Below are positions 1-10,597 of a stretch of DNA of 36,803 nt, piece after piece. Position 1 is the stretch's first letter, and each line of letters begins with the position of its first letter. Position numbers and translations under genes: made by a program. The notes beneath the pieces are model-generated. The model made no database searches. It worked only from the letters and a program-made list of their open reading frames with translations, and was not told the origin of the DNA. The DNA is taken from sequence record SRR2962707_1379. One strand, given 5' to 3'.

Positions 1-1671
1 GGGGCCCATGATGATGGTGTTGTTCTTGTGCCCGATCGGCGTAAGGAAAGCACAGGAGGCCGCCACGGCCACGCCCATCAGGAACGGATCGGGCGACACT
101 TCCAGCGACTGCGCAATGGACAGCCCCACGGGCGCCGCGATCAAAGCTGTAGCCACATTGTTCAGGAAATCGGACAGGGTCATGGTGACCACCATCAGCA
201 GCGCCAGAATGCCCCAGGTCGGCAGTGAGCCGGTCAGCGACAGGATCGCCTCGGCAATCAGCAGCGTGCCGCCCGAACTCTCCAGCGCCAGCCCCAGCGG
301 GATCAGTGAGGCCAGCAGCACGATCACCGGCCATTCGACGGCCTCATAGACCTCGCGCGCGCCCACAATATTGGTCAGCGCATAGACCGCCACAACCGCC
401 GCCAGCGCAATGGCGAGCGGCATCAGCCCGGCCACGGCCGCGGCCACGCCAATACCGAAGGCGCCAATGGCAAACAGCGCCTTGTTGCGTTGCACCACGA
501 CATGGCTCTTTTCGGCCAGCGGCAGCACGCCCAGCCATTCGGCTGCGTCCGCGACACGGGCCTCGGGCCCCAGCAGCAGCACCACATCACCGGGCAGGAT
601 CGGCAGCTTGCGCACCCGCTCGCGGAAGCGCTTGCCCTGGCGCGACACGCCCAGCAGGGTAACCCCGCGCCGATACAGCAGGCGCAGCCCCATAGCGGTA
701 CGCCCGACAATGCGGGCATTATCGGGCACGATCGCCTCGACCAGCGTCAGCGACTTGCCGCGCAATCCACCATGATCCTCGGCGCCCTGCGCCTTGAGCT
801 CGGCCGCGCCAATAAAGGCTTCGATAGCCTTGGGGTCACCCTCGAGCACCAACAGATCGCTGGCCCGGATTTCCTCATTGCTGGCAAAGCCCGGCAGACG
901 CTTGCCATTGCGCACCAGCCCTAGAATGGTGACATCGTGCTCATCGGCCAACGGCATCAGATCGCCCGGTGTCTGGCCCATCGTCTTGGACTTTTCGTCC
1001 AGCGCCGCTTCGGCCACAAACAGCCCGCTATCGCCGGCTTCGCTGGCAGTGCCTTCAGTGCCTGCCTCGGGCAGCAGGCGCCAGCCAATGGTTGTCACAA
1101 AGACAATGCCGACCACGGCGCAGACCAGTCCCACGGGAGAGAAATCAAACATCGAGAACGGCGTGCCCAGCGCGCGCTCGCGGAACTGGGCGATCACGAT
1201 ATTGGGCGGGGTACCGATCAGCGTGATCATGCCGCCCAGAATGGTGGCAAACGATAACGGCATCAGCGAGCGCGATACGGCACGCTTGGCCTTTTTGGCG
1301 GCCTCGATATCCAGCGTCATCAGCATGACCAGTGCCGCGACATTATTGATGATGGCCGACATGGCCGCCCCCACCACCGACATGATGCCGATATGGGTCG
1401 ACAGCGGCCGGTCCGGCGAGATCACCAGCCGGGCCACCAGCTCGACCGCCCCGGCATTCATCATCGCCCGCGACACGATCAATACCAGCGCGATGATGAT
1501 CACCGCTTCATGGCCAAAACCCTCAAAGGCGTGCTCCATCGGCACCACCCCGCCAATCACCGCAATGATCAGCGCCGAGAACGCCACCAGATCGTAGCGA
1601 ATGCGCCCCCAGACCAGAAACGCGAAGACAAAACCGAGAAGCGTGAAGAGAAAAATCTGCTCGTAAGTCAC
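1..1671 (-). CDS. SLC13-family permease with TrkA-C (RCK_C) domains, 3' end runs off the window
   Basis: Not in the ORF track; ends read by hand. GTG at 1671 gives MTYEQIFLFTLLGFVFAFLVWGRIRYDLVAFSAL, and the same frame ends FLTPIGHKNNTIIMGP at base 1. Both are typical of SLC13/CitMHS-TrkA-C transporters. Confidence 0.85.
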   Translation of the reverse strand, partial: MTYEQIFLFTLLGFVFAFLVWGRIRYDLVAFSALIIAVIGGVVPMEHAFEGFGHEAVIIIALVLIVSRAMMNAGAVELVARLVISPDRPLSTHIGIMSVVGAAMSAIINNVAALVMLMTLDIEAAKKAKRAVSRSLMPLSFATILGGMITLIGTPPNIVIAQFRERALGTPFSMFDFSPVGLVCAVVGIVFVTTIGWRLLPEAGTEGTASEAGDSGLFVAEAALDEKSKTMGQTPGDLMPLADEHDVTILGLVRNGKRLPGFASNEEIRASDLLVLEGDPKAIEAFIGAAELKAQGAEDHGGLRGKSLTLVEAIVPDNARIVGRTAMGLRLLYRRGVTLLGVSRQGKRFRERVRKLPILPGDVVLLLGPEARVADAAEWLGVLPLAEKSHVVVQRNKALFAIGAFGIGVAAAVAGLMPLAIALAAVVAVYALTNIVGAREVYEAVEWPVIVLLASLIPLGLALESSGGTLLIAEAILSLTGSLPTWGILALLMVVTMTLSDFLNNVATALIAAPVGLSIAQSLEVSPDPFLMGVAVAASCAFLTPIGHKNNTIIMGP

Positions 1672-1934
1672 AGGGGCCGCACTCGCTGGAAGTCGAAAAG
1701 AGAACCCACGCCTTACCAGATAGACGCGCGTGCGCCCAGCACTGCCACCCGATTGTCCGCCGATCCGCGACCAGCGGGGAAAACCAGCGCCACGCGAGCA
1801 AATCGAGGCGACGTTTCCACCGAACTCTGCCCGAAACAGGGCATATGTATTTGGCCCTGTTCAATAAAAGACACTATACAGGCAGCACCTCATTGAGAGA
1901 ACCGGCGCCCCAGCCCAACCAGTCAGGCACCTGC

Positions 1935-2936
1935 ATGAAACTGTTTCTGATCATTCCGCTGGCGCTGGCGTGTCTATATCTGGGACTGGCAACGCTGTTG
2001 ACGCTCACCGACGCGCCGTCGCAGACAGCGGCCACGCCAAGCGGCGGGCTCGATTTTGCCAGCATCGCCGACAGCCCCCAGCATCCCCTGCCCGAGCAGC
2101 AATTCTATCAGGCCCGTGATGGGGCCAATCTGCCATTCCACAGCTATGGCGAGCTGGAGAATGCCCCGCGTATTGTGGTGCTCGTGCACGGCTCGGGCTG
2201 GCATGGCGCCCAGTTCAACACCATGGCAACGGCGCTGGCCGAGACCGGCAAGACTTCCGTGATCGTGCCCGATCTGCGCGGCCATGGCATCGAGCCGGAA
2301 CGGCGCGGCGATATCGACTATATCGCGCAATATGAGGACGATCTGGCCGATCTGATTGCCATGCTGCAAACCGTACAGCCCGACGCCGAAATCGTGCTGG
2401 GCGGGCACTCATCCGGCGGTGGTCTGGTGGTACGGTTTGCCGGCGGCACCCATGGCGCGCTGGCCGATCGCTTTGTGCTGCTGGCGCCGTTTCTGGGCGA
2501 GAATGCCACCACCAGCCGCCCCGATTCCGGGGGCTGGGCCCAGGTTGCAATCCGCCGGATCATCGGGCTGGTGCTGTTCAACCAGATCGGCATTACCGCA
2601 TTGAACGGCCTGCCGGTGATTAGCTTTGCCTTCCCACAGGCGGTGCTGGACGGCCCCCAGGGCCATAAGGCCACCACCAGCTATAGCTATCGCCTCAATA
2701 CCGGCTATTCCCCCCGCCGTGATCTGGCAGCTGACCTGTCGGCGATGCAGCAGCCCTTCCTGCTGCTGGCTGGCGCCAATGATGAAGCCTTTTATGCCGA
2801 TGCCTATCAGGCGCTGGTGAGCACCCACACCAGCGCCGGCACATACGTTATTGTTCCCGATCTGGGGCATCTCGACCTTGTCGAAAGCCCGACAGCCACC
2901 GAGATCCTGGCCCAATGGCTGGCGCCAGATCCCTGA
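1935..2936 (+). CDS. Alpha/beta hydrolase (lysophospholipase-like) with N-terminal membrane anchor
   Basis: VLVHGSG oxyanion motif, DLRGHG, GHSSGG nucleophile elbow and C-terminal GH. Hydrophobic N-terminus begins at ATG 1935 (MKLFLIIPLAL). Confidence 0.85.
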   Translation: MKLFLIIPLALACLYLGLATLLTLTDAPSQTAATPSGGLDFASIADSPQHPLPEQQFYQARDGANLPFHSYGELENAPRIVVLVHGSGWHGAQFNTMATALAETGKTSVIVPDLRGHGIEPERRGDIDYIAQYEDDLADLIAMLQTVQPDAEIVLGGHSSGGGLVVRFAGGTHGALADRFVLLAPFLGENATTSRPDSGGWAQVAIRRIIGLVLFNQIGITALNGLPVISFAFPQAVLDGPQGHKATTSYSYRLNTGYSPRRDLAADLSAMQQPFLLLAGANDEAFYADAYQALVSTHTSAGTYVIVPDLGHLDLVESPTATEILAQWLAPDP

Positions 2937-2954
2937 TCCCGGTGGCGCCCCGCT

Positions 2955-4346
2955 CTAGGCTGGCTGCACTCTCTCTGCAGAGAACAACCCACGCCGCAGC
3001 CCCAGTGATCGCGCGGTCTGGGCCAGCACGATCATTGCCACCAGCGCCAGCAGTATTTCGGCCATGGGCCCTGCCAGCCAGACCCCGGTTTCGCCAAAGG
3101 CCAGCGGCAAGGCAAAGGTCAGCGGCAGAGCAAACAGATAGGGTTTGCTCAACCCTAGTATCGCCGCCCGGCTGGCCTGTCCGATGGCCTGAAAATAGCT
3201 GGCCAGCATCATCAGCGGCCCGGCCAGAAAGAACAGCGCGGTCATCATCGGGGTGATGCGCACAACGCTGTTGATGACCGCCGGTGCGCTGACGAACATG
3301 CCGGCAATCGGGGCGGCGAACAGCACAAGGATGATCTGCGACGTCAGGCTGTAGATCAGCGCAATGCCAAGCGTCAGCTTGAGGCTGGCATCGGTGCGTC
3401 CGAAATCGCGCGCGCCGTAATTATTGCCCGCAATGGTCTGCATGGCATGGCCCAGCCCCAGCAGCGGCAGATAGACAAAGGTCATCACCCGCGTGGTAAT
3501 GCCATAGGCCGAGATGGTCACGGCGTAGTCGCCCTCGCCATGGAGTTGCAGCGCCGCGACAATGGCCGCCGCGTTCAGCGCCAGCCCGACAAAGCCCAGG
3601 CTTTGCGGCGCGCCGAGCGCCAGAATACGGCCCCAACCCGACACCCAGCTGTGCGCCAGCAGCACCTGCGGCCGCAACACGGTTTGCCCGCGCAGACGGA
3701 ACACCACGATAATCGCAAGGGCCAGTATCTGCGCCATGGCCGTGCCATAGGCCGAGCCGGCCACCCCCATATCGAGCACTACAATCAACACATAGTTGAA
3801 GCCGATATTGGCCAGCGCCACCAGCAGACTCATCGCCGCCATCAGCACCACCCTGCCCTCATTGCGCAGCGCGTCAGAATTGACCGAGAGCACGAACACC
3901 AACGGCGAAAACAGCACTGTAATGCGCAGATAGATCTCACCCAGCGCCGCAAGTTCAGCCGACCCGCCGGCCGTGAGCAGCACCAGTTGGTGCCCCACCA
4001 GCACAAACAACACGTTCAGAACGACACTGATGGCCAGTGCCAGACCGTGCGCGCCGGTGAACACGGCTTTGGCGGCATCCAGCCTCTGCCCGCCCAGATG
4101 GCGCGCCAACAGGCTCGACATGCCGCTGGCCACCAGCGTCGCCAGCGCGACCACCAGCATGTACATCGGAAACATCAGCGTAACGGCACCGAGCGCCTCG
4201 GGGCCGATATAGGTGCCCAGGAAAACGGCGTCGGCTACCGTCAGCAGGCCGTTCATGCCCATCACAAAGATGATCGGCAGCGCGGTCCTGGCGAAAATGG
4301 CCGGCATAGGGCCATGGGTAAATGCACTCTCAGGGGGTTTTGACAC
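2955..4346 (-). CDS. MATE-family efflux transporter
   Basis: About 12 hydrophobic segments, with MATE motifs LLTVADAVFLG, ALGAVTL, LRNEG and GNNYGA. Start placed at GTG 4346 behind AGGAAG. Confidence 0.9.
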   Translation of the reverse strand: MSKPPESAFTHGPMPAIFARTALPIIFVMGMNGLLTVADAVFLGTYIGPEALGAVTLMFPMYMLVVALATLVASGMSSLLARHLGGQRLDAAKAVFTGAHGLALAISVVLNVLFVLVGHQLVLLTAGGSAELAALGEIYLRITVLFSPLVFVLSVNSDALRNEGRVVLMAAMSLLVALANIGFNYVLIVVLDMGVAGSAYGTAMAQILALAIIVVFRLRGQTVLRPQVLLAHSWVSGWGRILALGAPQSLGFVGLALNAAAIVAALQLHGEGDYAVTISAYGITTRVMTFVYLPLLGLGHAMQTIAGNNYGARDFGRTDASLKLTLGIALIYSLTSQIILVLFAAPIAGMFVSAPAVINSVVRITPMMTALFFLAGPLMMLASYFQAIGQASRAAILGLSKPYLFALPLTFALPLAFGETGVWLAGPMAEILLALVAMIVLAQTARSLGLRRGLFSAERVQPA

Positions 4347-4668
4347 AATCCCAACTTCCTCTGGCAAGCATTTCGCAGAGAGGATGGGAGCCCGCATTGC
4401 CATCCGCGCGAAATGCGGAGGACGATTGATGATCGTTATCAAGCAGAACTTCACCATGACCATGGGTCAGCGAGCGGCGGGCGTCTGCAACCGAGGGCGT
4501 ACCTAGGACCAACGCGCGCCCGCGTCAAGCTTTTGGCAAGGCTAGCAACGCTGATCTGCCCACCAAGGGCTGTGGCCGATACCCAAATTCGTCTGAATGC
4601 TGTAGGATTTAGCCACGACAACCCCGCCGCGACGCAAGCGTCACCGGCTGGCATGATTTGGGAAGCCG

Positions 4669-5040
4669 ATGCGCGTTTTATATGTTGATGACGAGCCCGA
4701 TATCCGGGTTGTCGCGGTCATGTGCCTGCAGTTGAACGACAATTTTGAAGTTCAGGAGTGTGCCAGCGGCATGGACGCCCTGCAGGTCGCCCGCGACTGG
4801 CAACCTGATCTGGTGCTGCTTGATGTCATGATGCCCGAAATGGATGGTCCCATGACGCGCATCGCGCTGCGCGATGATCCGGCAACAACTCATATTCCGG
4901 TGGTATTTGTCACCGCCCGCACCCAACCCTCCGAGGTCGAGCGCCTGCTCGAACTTGACGTGACAGGCGTCATCGCCAAGCCGTTTGACCCCATGTCGCT
5001 TGCCGAACAGGTGAGTACATTGATGGGCTGGAAGAACTAG
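4669..5040 (+). CDS. Single-domain response regulator (CheY-like receiver)
   Basis: VLYVDDE, LLDVMMPEMDG (phospho-Asp), VFVTA and AKPF; 123 aa with no output domain. Confidence 0.92.
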   Translation: MRVLYVDDEPDIRVVAVMCLQLNDNFEVQECASGMDALQVARDWQPDLVLLDVMMPEMDGPMTRIALRDDPATTHIPVVFVTARTQPSEVERLLELDVTGVIAKPFDPMSLAEQVSTLMGWKN

Positions 5041-5042
5041 AC

Positions 5043-5074
5043 GGGCTGTCGGCGCGCATTGGGCGCCGACGCCC
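5043..5074. terminator. GC-rich hairpin between convergent genes, probable bidirectional terminator
   Basis: GGGCtGTCGGCGC-gcattgg-GCGCCGACGCCC fills the gap between the stops at 5040 and 5076. No U-tract. Confidence 0.55.
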
Positions 5075-5075
5075 C

Positions 5076-8000
5076 CTAGTGGCCGCGGGCCTGCGCCCGC
5101 TGGGATTCTGCTGCAGCCTCAAGAATGAGGGCGACGATTGCATCTTCGGGCGTGCGTGACTTGACCAGGGTGGCGCTCACCCGGGGATCATCGTCAACGC
5201 TTTCGGTGGCCGTAAGCACAATCACCGGACAGCCGGTATGCAGATCCAGCCCCTCCAGCAAATCCATGCCATGGCCATCTGGAAGCTGCAGATCGAGCAG
5301 GATCACATCAAAGCTCTGGCCCACCAGATAAGCCCGAGCCTCCCCCAGGGTCGCAGCTTGCGTGATGTTGAGCTGACCCGACATCGCGGTGGCGATAAAA
5401 TCACGGAAACCGGCATCGTCTTCCACATGGAGCACGCGTGGCAACTGTGCGCCATTGCTGGCGTTTTCAAGCTGCGCCGGCGCCGCATCGGCTGTCAGCG
5501 GCAGATCGATCCAGAACGTGCTGCCGGCGCCTTCGACACTGGTGTAATCCAACCCCCCGAACATCTTGTCCATCATCTGCTTTGAGATGTGCAGGCCAAG
5601 CCCGGTGCCGCCTGTTTCGCGCGTGGCCGAAGCGTCGGCCTGAGAAAACGGCGAAAAGATGCGACTGCGGAAACTGGCCGGAATGCCCGGCCCAGTATCG
5701 GTAATACTCACCCGCGCCATCTTACCCACACGGGACAGGCTCAGATGCACCGAACCACCTGCCGGTGAGAATTTGGCGGCATTGGACATCAGGTTGGACA
5801 ACACCTGCTGCAGGCGGGCTGCGTCGAAATCGCAATCCATGTCCACATCGGGCGTGTCGAGCACGAAGGTCACATCGAACTGGTTGGCATAGCTCTGGTT
5901 GGTATCCATCGCCAGCTCAATTTCTTCGAGCAGCTTGTGCGTTCCAATGTCGAATTGCAGCTTCTCGGAGTTCATCTTCTCAAGATCGAGAATGTCATTG
6001 ATCAACAGGATCAGCCGTTCGCTGTTCTTGTGCGCAATGGTCAAAAGACGCATGATTCCGGCAGGAATTTCGGCGGCCATTGCCCCGGTCACAAGCCCAA
6101 GCGACCCGCGGATCGAGGTCAGTGGCGTGCGCAATTCATGGCTGACATTGGAAATGAATTCGCTCTTGATCCGATCCATTTCCTTGCGGTCCTGAATGTC
6201 CTGAATCTGGGCGATGAAATAGTCAATCCGACCATCCTGGCCGCGCGCAACCGAAACACTGAGCAGGCCCCACACCGCGTGGCCTTCCTTGTGAAGATAA
6301 CGCTTCTCAAGCTGATAGTCGGCGATCTCGCCGGATGTCAGCTGACTGAGCAGTTCGCGGTCCAACCCGACATCATCGGGATGGGTCAACTCGCGGAAGT
6401 TCAGCTTGAGGAAGTCTTCGCCCGAATAGCCCAGAAACGCGAACAGGGCCTCGTTGACGCTGATCCACTCCCCTTGCGGGTCGATCAGCGCCATGCCAAT
6501 CGGCGCATTGTCGATCGCGCTGCGCAGGCGTTCCTCGCTTGAACGCAGCGCCGCCTCGGCTTCCTTGAGCGCGGTGATGTCGGTCTGCGTACCCACAAGG
6601 CGCAACGCTGCGCCGTTTTCGTCGCGCTGGGTAACGGTAGCGTCCGACCGCAACCAGATCCAGTTGCCACTCTTCTTACGTATCCGGTACTCGCATTCCG
6701 AGCGCGGCGTCGTCCCCGCAAAGCATGCAGCATCCGCTTCATCGACAACGGCCAGATCGTCTGGATGTACCCGCTTGCGCCATTCTTCCTGAGGGTTGAT
6801 GGCGTCGTCGACGTGAAAGCCGAGCATCTCCATCCAGGTATCTGAAACAATTGACTTTCCGGCGACCAGATCGACGTCAAACACACCAATCCGGGCCCCG
6901 CGCAGCGCGCTGCTCCAGCGCTCTTCGGCATCTTCAAGGGCGATGGTGATCTGCCGCTGGCGGGTCACATCCCGCACAATGACGGTGTACCGCATCTCCC
7001 CTTCTTCGGTCTTCCAGGGGTTGATCTGAAATTCCAGATCAAGCTGCTTGCCATCGCGGGTCAGCCCGGTAGCCGGTTTGGTTCGCGTGGTGCGCGTCAT
7101 CAGGGCGCCCAGAAGCTCGGCAACCGAGCGCGCGCCCTCGAGCTTGAGCAGGTCCCTGATCGACATTGAGGGGATGTCCTGGGCCTCGGCGCCAAAAATC
7201 TCAAGCGCCGCCTCATTGGCCGATAACAGGCGCCCGTGTTCATCAAGCAGCAAAATGCCGACCACAGCCGTGTTGAACACGGCGCGGTTCTCCTGTTCGC
7301 GGGCTGTAATCTCAAGGGTTTTCTGCACCACCTGATGCTGGATGGTCTCTTCGCGTCGGGCATAGCTGAGCAGGAACACGGCAAACAGCCCCGAGACCAG
7401 CAAGCCAGCCAGCAGCACCACCATCGGCTCGTTATTCTTTGTTTCTGCGTCAAACTGCGCGGTACTGCGCCAGACGATGGTCCAGTACTGGCCCATCACC
7501 GGCATGGTTTCCTTGATGGTATAGGTCGGCACGCCGCGGTCTTCGTCACCGGACTGGCTCGAATAGATCAGTCGGTCTTCGTTGACCACCGGGCCATCAT
7601 AGACCTGCAGCTCCAGGGTATCCTGCTGGCTCGACGTCAGATCCGTCATGAAGCGCGCACCGATGAACGGGGCATACACCCAGCCACGGAATGCAACCCG
7701 ACGCTGCTCGACCGTGCGCAAAGGCACCGAACGTTGGTACAATGGCTTGAGCAGCAGAAAGCCTGCGCGCCTAACTTCGTCCTGCACCAGAAAGATGCGC
7801 TTGGTAATTGTAGAGCGCCCGGTTTGCCGAGCCGTTATGGCCGCTTCGCGGCGATTTTCTTCAAAAGCAATATCAAGACCAAGCGCTGGTAGATTAGGTT
7901 CAAGCGGCTCGATGAAACGAATGACAAAATGATTGTCGCGCGGCACTTCGGTGGGATGAACCTCCAGCCCCTGAACACCCAGCGCCCTCATCCGCGCATA

Positions 8001-8990
8001 AAAGTCGGCCAGATCTGTGGTGGGCACATCGTCGATAACGCCGATGCCATTAATGCCGGGCAGCGTCTTGCCAATGTTGAGCGCGTCGACATAGGCGCGC
8101 CAGTCAGCGGCCGTGACCACGGAAGAGGCCATGAACAGGCCAGCCGCGCCATCAAGGCCCTGCGCATAGGAATCCATGCGGTGCAGAAGGGCCTGCTTGC
8201 TGTCATTGGCCAGACCATGAAACGCTGCGTGTCCGCGTTCATAGGCCGCTTCGCTGGTCCACATCCAGCCATAGAAGGTCATGCCCAGTGGCACCATCAA
8301 GGCCAGGATCGAGGCCGCCCGCAAGCCCGCGGCATTGTCCCGCGACCAGCCCGCGCCCCAACTGCGCCAGGGGCCCAACAGGGCCAGCGGCAGCACGACC
8401 AGAATACCGATCAGATCGCCCATCCACCAGGTCACCCAGTTGGTGGCGACGGCCTCGGCCGGCAATAGACCGGCTATTAGCAGCGTCCCCGTGCCAACGC
8501 TGGCGGCGATCAGGCTCGCGATCGGACCAACCACGCCTGCGAAGACCACCACATCCCGGATGGATTTCAGAATGGTCGGCACACCAAATAGCCGCCGCGC
8601 GGCGAATGCCGCTGCCAAGGCCTGGAGGCTGGACCCAGCGGCAATCGCAACGGCAACGGCCAGGGCGCGCCAGTCGATACCGTCGCCGCCCAGCACAGCG
8701 CCGACATAGGCATTGACCACGAACGAGCCGAGGAAAACGCCGACCACCAGGCGCGGGGAAAAAATCAATAGCGCGGCAATGGCAATGCCCGAGGCGGGCC
8801 ATATGATAGTCGCATAGCCCGGCGGCACCGCAAGTCGCAGGCCAAGCACACCTGTCACCACATACAGCAACGCTACGCCCAGACTAAGTCCGGCCAGTCT
8901 CAACCAACGATACTCGACTGGTCTTGTTTCACTCACCTGCGCACCGGCCCTTTTGCTGCGGAGAGCCAGAATGGCCCTCACTTGGTTCAT
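5076..8990 (-). CDS. Hybrid sensor histidine kinase (MASE1-CHASE-3xPAS-HisKA-HATPase-REC)
   Basis: MASE1-type IWPASGIA and WWMGDLIG; CHASE-type IRFIEPLEPN-ALGLDI; PAS/PAC repeats (VHPDD, THPDD); H-box SHELRTPL; N-box NLMSNAAKF; G-boxes DTGPG and GTGLGL; C-terminal receiver (HVEDD, LLDLQLPDG). Start is ATG 8990 or GTG 8936. Confidence 0.92.
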   Translation of the reverse strand: MNQVRAILALRSKRAGAQVSETRPVEYRWLRLAGLSLGVALLYVVTGVLGLRLAVPPGYATIIWPASGIAIAALLIFSPRLVVGVFLGSFVVNAYVGAVLGGDGIDWRALAVAVAIAAGSSLQALAAAFAARRLFGVPTILKSIRDVVVFAGVVGPIASLIAASVGTGTLLIAGLLPAEAVATNWVTWWMGDLIGILVVLPLALLGPWRSWGAGWSRDNAAGLRAASILALMVPLGMTFYGWMWTSEAAYERGHAAFHGLANDSKQALLHRMDSYAQGLDGAAGLFMASSVVTAADWRAYVDALNIGKTLPGINGIGVIDDVPTTDLADFYARMRALGVQGLEVHPTEVPRDNHFVIRFIEPLEPNLPALGLDIAFEENRREAAITARQTGRSTITKRIFLVQDEVRRAGFLLLKPLYQRSVPLRTVEQRRVAFRGWVYAPFIGARFMTDLTSSQQDTLELQVYDGPVVNEDRLIYSSQSGDEDRGVPTYTIKETMPVMGQYWTIVWRSTAQFDAETKNNEPMVVLLAGLLVSGLFAVFLLSYARREETIQHQVVQKTLEITAREQENRAVFNTAVVGILLLDEHGRLLSANEAALEIFGAEAQDIPSMSIRDLLKLEGARSVAELLGALMTRTTRTKPATGLTRDGKQLDLEFQINPWKTEEGEMRYTVIVRDVTRQRQITIALEDAEERWSSALRGARIGVFDVDLVAGKSIVSDTWMEMLGFHVDDAINPQEEWRKRVHPDDLAVVDEADAACFAGTTPRSECEYRIRKKSGNWIWLRSDATVTQRDENGAALRLVGTQTDITALKEAEAALRSSEERLRSAIDNAPIGMALIDPQGEWISVNEALFAFLGYSGEDFLKLNFRELTHPDDVGLDRELLSQLTSGEIADYQLEKRYLHKEGHAVWGLLSVSVARGQDGRIDYFIAQIQDIQDRKEMDRIKSEFISNVSHELRTPLTSIRGSLGLVTGAMAAEIPAGIMRLLTIAHKNSERLILLINDILDLEKMNSEKLQFDIGTHKLLEEIELAMDTNQSYANQFDVTFVLDTPDVDMDCDFDAARLQQVLSNLMSNAAKFSPAGGSVHLSLSRVGKMARVSITDTGPGIPASFRSRIFSPFSQADASATRETGGTGLGLHISKQMMDKMFGGLDYTSVEGAGSTFWIDLPLTADAAPAQLENASNGAQLPRVLHVEDDAGFRDFIATAMSGQLNITQAATLGEARAYLVGQSFDVILLDLQLPDGHGMDLLEGLDLHTGCPVIVLTATESVDDDPRVSATLVKSRTPEDAIVALILEAAAESQRAQARGH

Positions 8991-8994
8991 CGCC

Positions 8995-10254
8995 CTAAGC
9001 GCTGCGTGCATGCAGCGTGGGCGCGATGACCACCCGATTGCGTCCATTATCCTTGGCGATGTAGAGCGCCTCGTCGGCGCGCCCAATCAACCCCTCCACT
9101 GAGCTTCCCATTTGCTCACTGCTTACTCCGACACTGACCGTGACGGAGAACGAGGTTTCCGGGCCATCAAATTTGAGTTGCTCAAATGATGTGCGCACCT
9201 TGTCCATGACAATCTGCGCCCGCGTTGCATCGGTACCCACCAGCAGCACCGCGAATTCTTCGCCACCATAGCGGGCAATCACGTCGGTCTGGCGCAGTGT
9301 GCCCTGCAGCGAATGGGCCAGCGTGCGCAGCACCCGGTCGCCACACAGATGGCCATGCGTATCGTTGACCCGCTTGAAGTGATCGAGGTCCAGCAGGCAC
9401 AGCGAGAAGGTCGACCCCGTACGGCGCGACCGGCCTAACTCATCGGCCACGCGATCCTTGAACCGGGCATGGTTGAGCAGGCCCGTCAGGCTGTCGCGGT
9501 CCATCACCTGACGCAGCGCCCGTGCCCGCTCCGCCCGAATGGCGATCAGCGAAGCCAGACCCTCCAGATCAACCGGCTTGGAGATGAAGTCGTCGCCGCC
9601 GATCTTGCGTGCTTCGCGCTGGCGTTCCATGTCTTTTTCCGCCGACAGGAAGACGATGGGCAGCGACAGGTTCTTGCGTGACAGGCGCATGACGCTGGCG
9701 ACTTCAAGCCCGTCAGCGGTGGGCATGTTCATATCCATCAGTACCAGATCAGGCGCGCAGCGATTAATCTCATCGCATGCCTTGACCGCATCAGTGACGA
9801 TGGTGGCTTCCATGCCCGCCGCCTCAAGCGCCAGACCGTAAGTCTGGGCGGCGATTTCGTCGTCATCGACAACCATGATCGAATAGGGCTTGGTTTCGGA
9901 CTGGCTCAGGCTGGTCAGCCAGGCACCCAGTTCCACCATATCGAGCGGCAGCGCCAGGCTGGCCCGCACCCCGGCCCGCACCGCTGCCAGATTGGCCGCA
10001 AAACCCTGCTCCTCACCCACCAGGATCACCGGGTGATAGGCCGACATCACCTGCGCCAGTTTCAGTTCGGGATCAATGCTGTGCCCGATGATCACTGCCA
10101 AGCAGTTTTCGGGCGGCATGTCGTGCTGCAGATCTACTGTCGCATAACCCAGACCCGCCAGCTTGTCGGCCAGCTCTTTGGTCTGTCGTGCGTGATCGAT
10201 GATGCAGATCAGCTTGGCTGCTGGCTCGTCTGTCTCTGTTTCAGGCCGGAGCAT
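8995..10254 (-). CDS. Response-regulator diguanylate cyclase (pseudo-REC-REC-GGDEF)
   Basis: DSLTGL, DLDHFK, intact RYGGEEF active site and RQTD (RxxD) I-site. Second receiver is intact (VVDDD, LMDMNMP, SKP); first receiver lacks the acidic pocket. ATG 10254 follows GGGGG. Confidence 0.92.
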   Translation of the reverse strand: MLRPETETDEPAAKLICIIDHARQTKELADKLAGLGYATVDLQHDMPPENCLAVIIGHSIDPELKLAQVMSAYHPVILVGEEQGFAANLAAVRAGVRASLALPLDMVELGAWLTSLSQSETKPYSIMVVDDDEIAAQTYGLALEAAGMEATIVTDAVKACDEINRCAPDLVLMDMNMPTADGLEVASVMRLSRKNLSLPIVFLSAEKDMERQREARKIGGDDFISKPVDLEGLASLIAIRAERARALRQVMDRDSLTGLLNHARFKDRVADELGRSRRTGSTFSLCLLDLDHFKRVNDTHGHLCGDRVLRTLAHSLQGTLRQTDVIARYGGEEFAVLLVGTDATRAQIVMDKVRTSFEQLKFDGPETSFSVTVSVGVSSEQMGSSVEGLIGRADEALYIAKDNGRNRVVIAPTLHARSA

Positions 10255-10591
10255 GGTTGCCCCCGTTCTGGGTGACAGGTTCACCACAGATCCGTCGGAT
10301 CGTCTCGGCCAGCGCCTGACTGCCCTCCCCGATCTCGGTCGCATCGGCCTGCGCCAGAATACGCGTCTCGAGATGACTGGCTGGCTCTTCGAGCGTCACC
10401 AGACCAAATGTCGCCGAGCCGCCGGCAAGCCGATGTGCCAGATACTGAATCCGGTCACGATGCGCCTGATCGTCGGCTTTGCACAGTGCAACGCCAAGCG
10501 CTTCGAACTCGGCGGCATCCCCAGCAGTGCGCTGCGAAAAGGCCGTGCTGAGAGCCGCCATCTTGGCTTCAAATTCTGCCTTGGCTGTCAT
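10241..10591 (-). CDS. Stand-alone Hpt (histidine phosphotransfer) protein
   Basis: 116 aa, helical-looking, with AHRLAGGSATFG matching the Hpt HxLxGxS/A-xxG motif. Overlaps the cyclase start by 14 nt. Confidence 0.85.
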   Translation of the reverse strand: MTAKAEFEAKMAALSTAFSQRTAGDAAEFEALGVALCKADDQAHRDRIQYLAHRLAGGSATFGLVTLEEPASHLETRILAQADATEIGEGSQALAETIRRICGEPVTQNGGNHAPA

Positions 10592-10597
10592 GGGCGC

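Noticed and set aside
8-1896. Plus-strand ORFs over the first 1.9 kb (for example 794-1597, 267 aa)
   Set aside because: Antisense shadows of the minus-strand SLC13 permease, which the track missed because it has no stop within the window.
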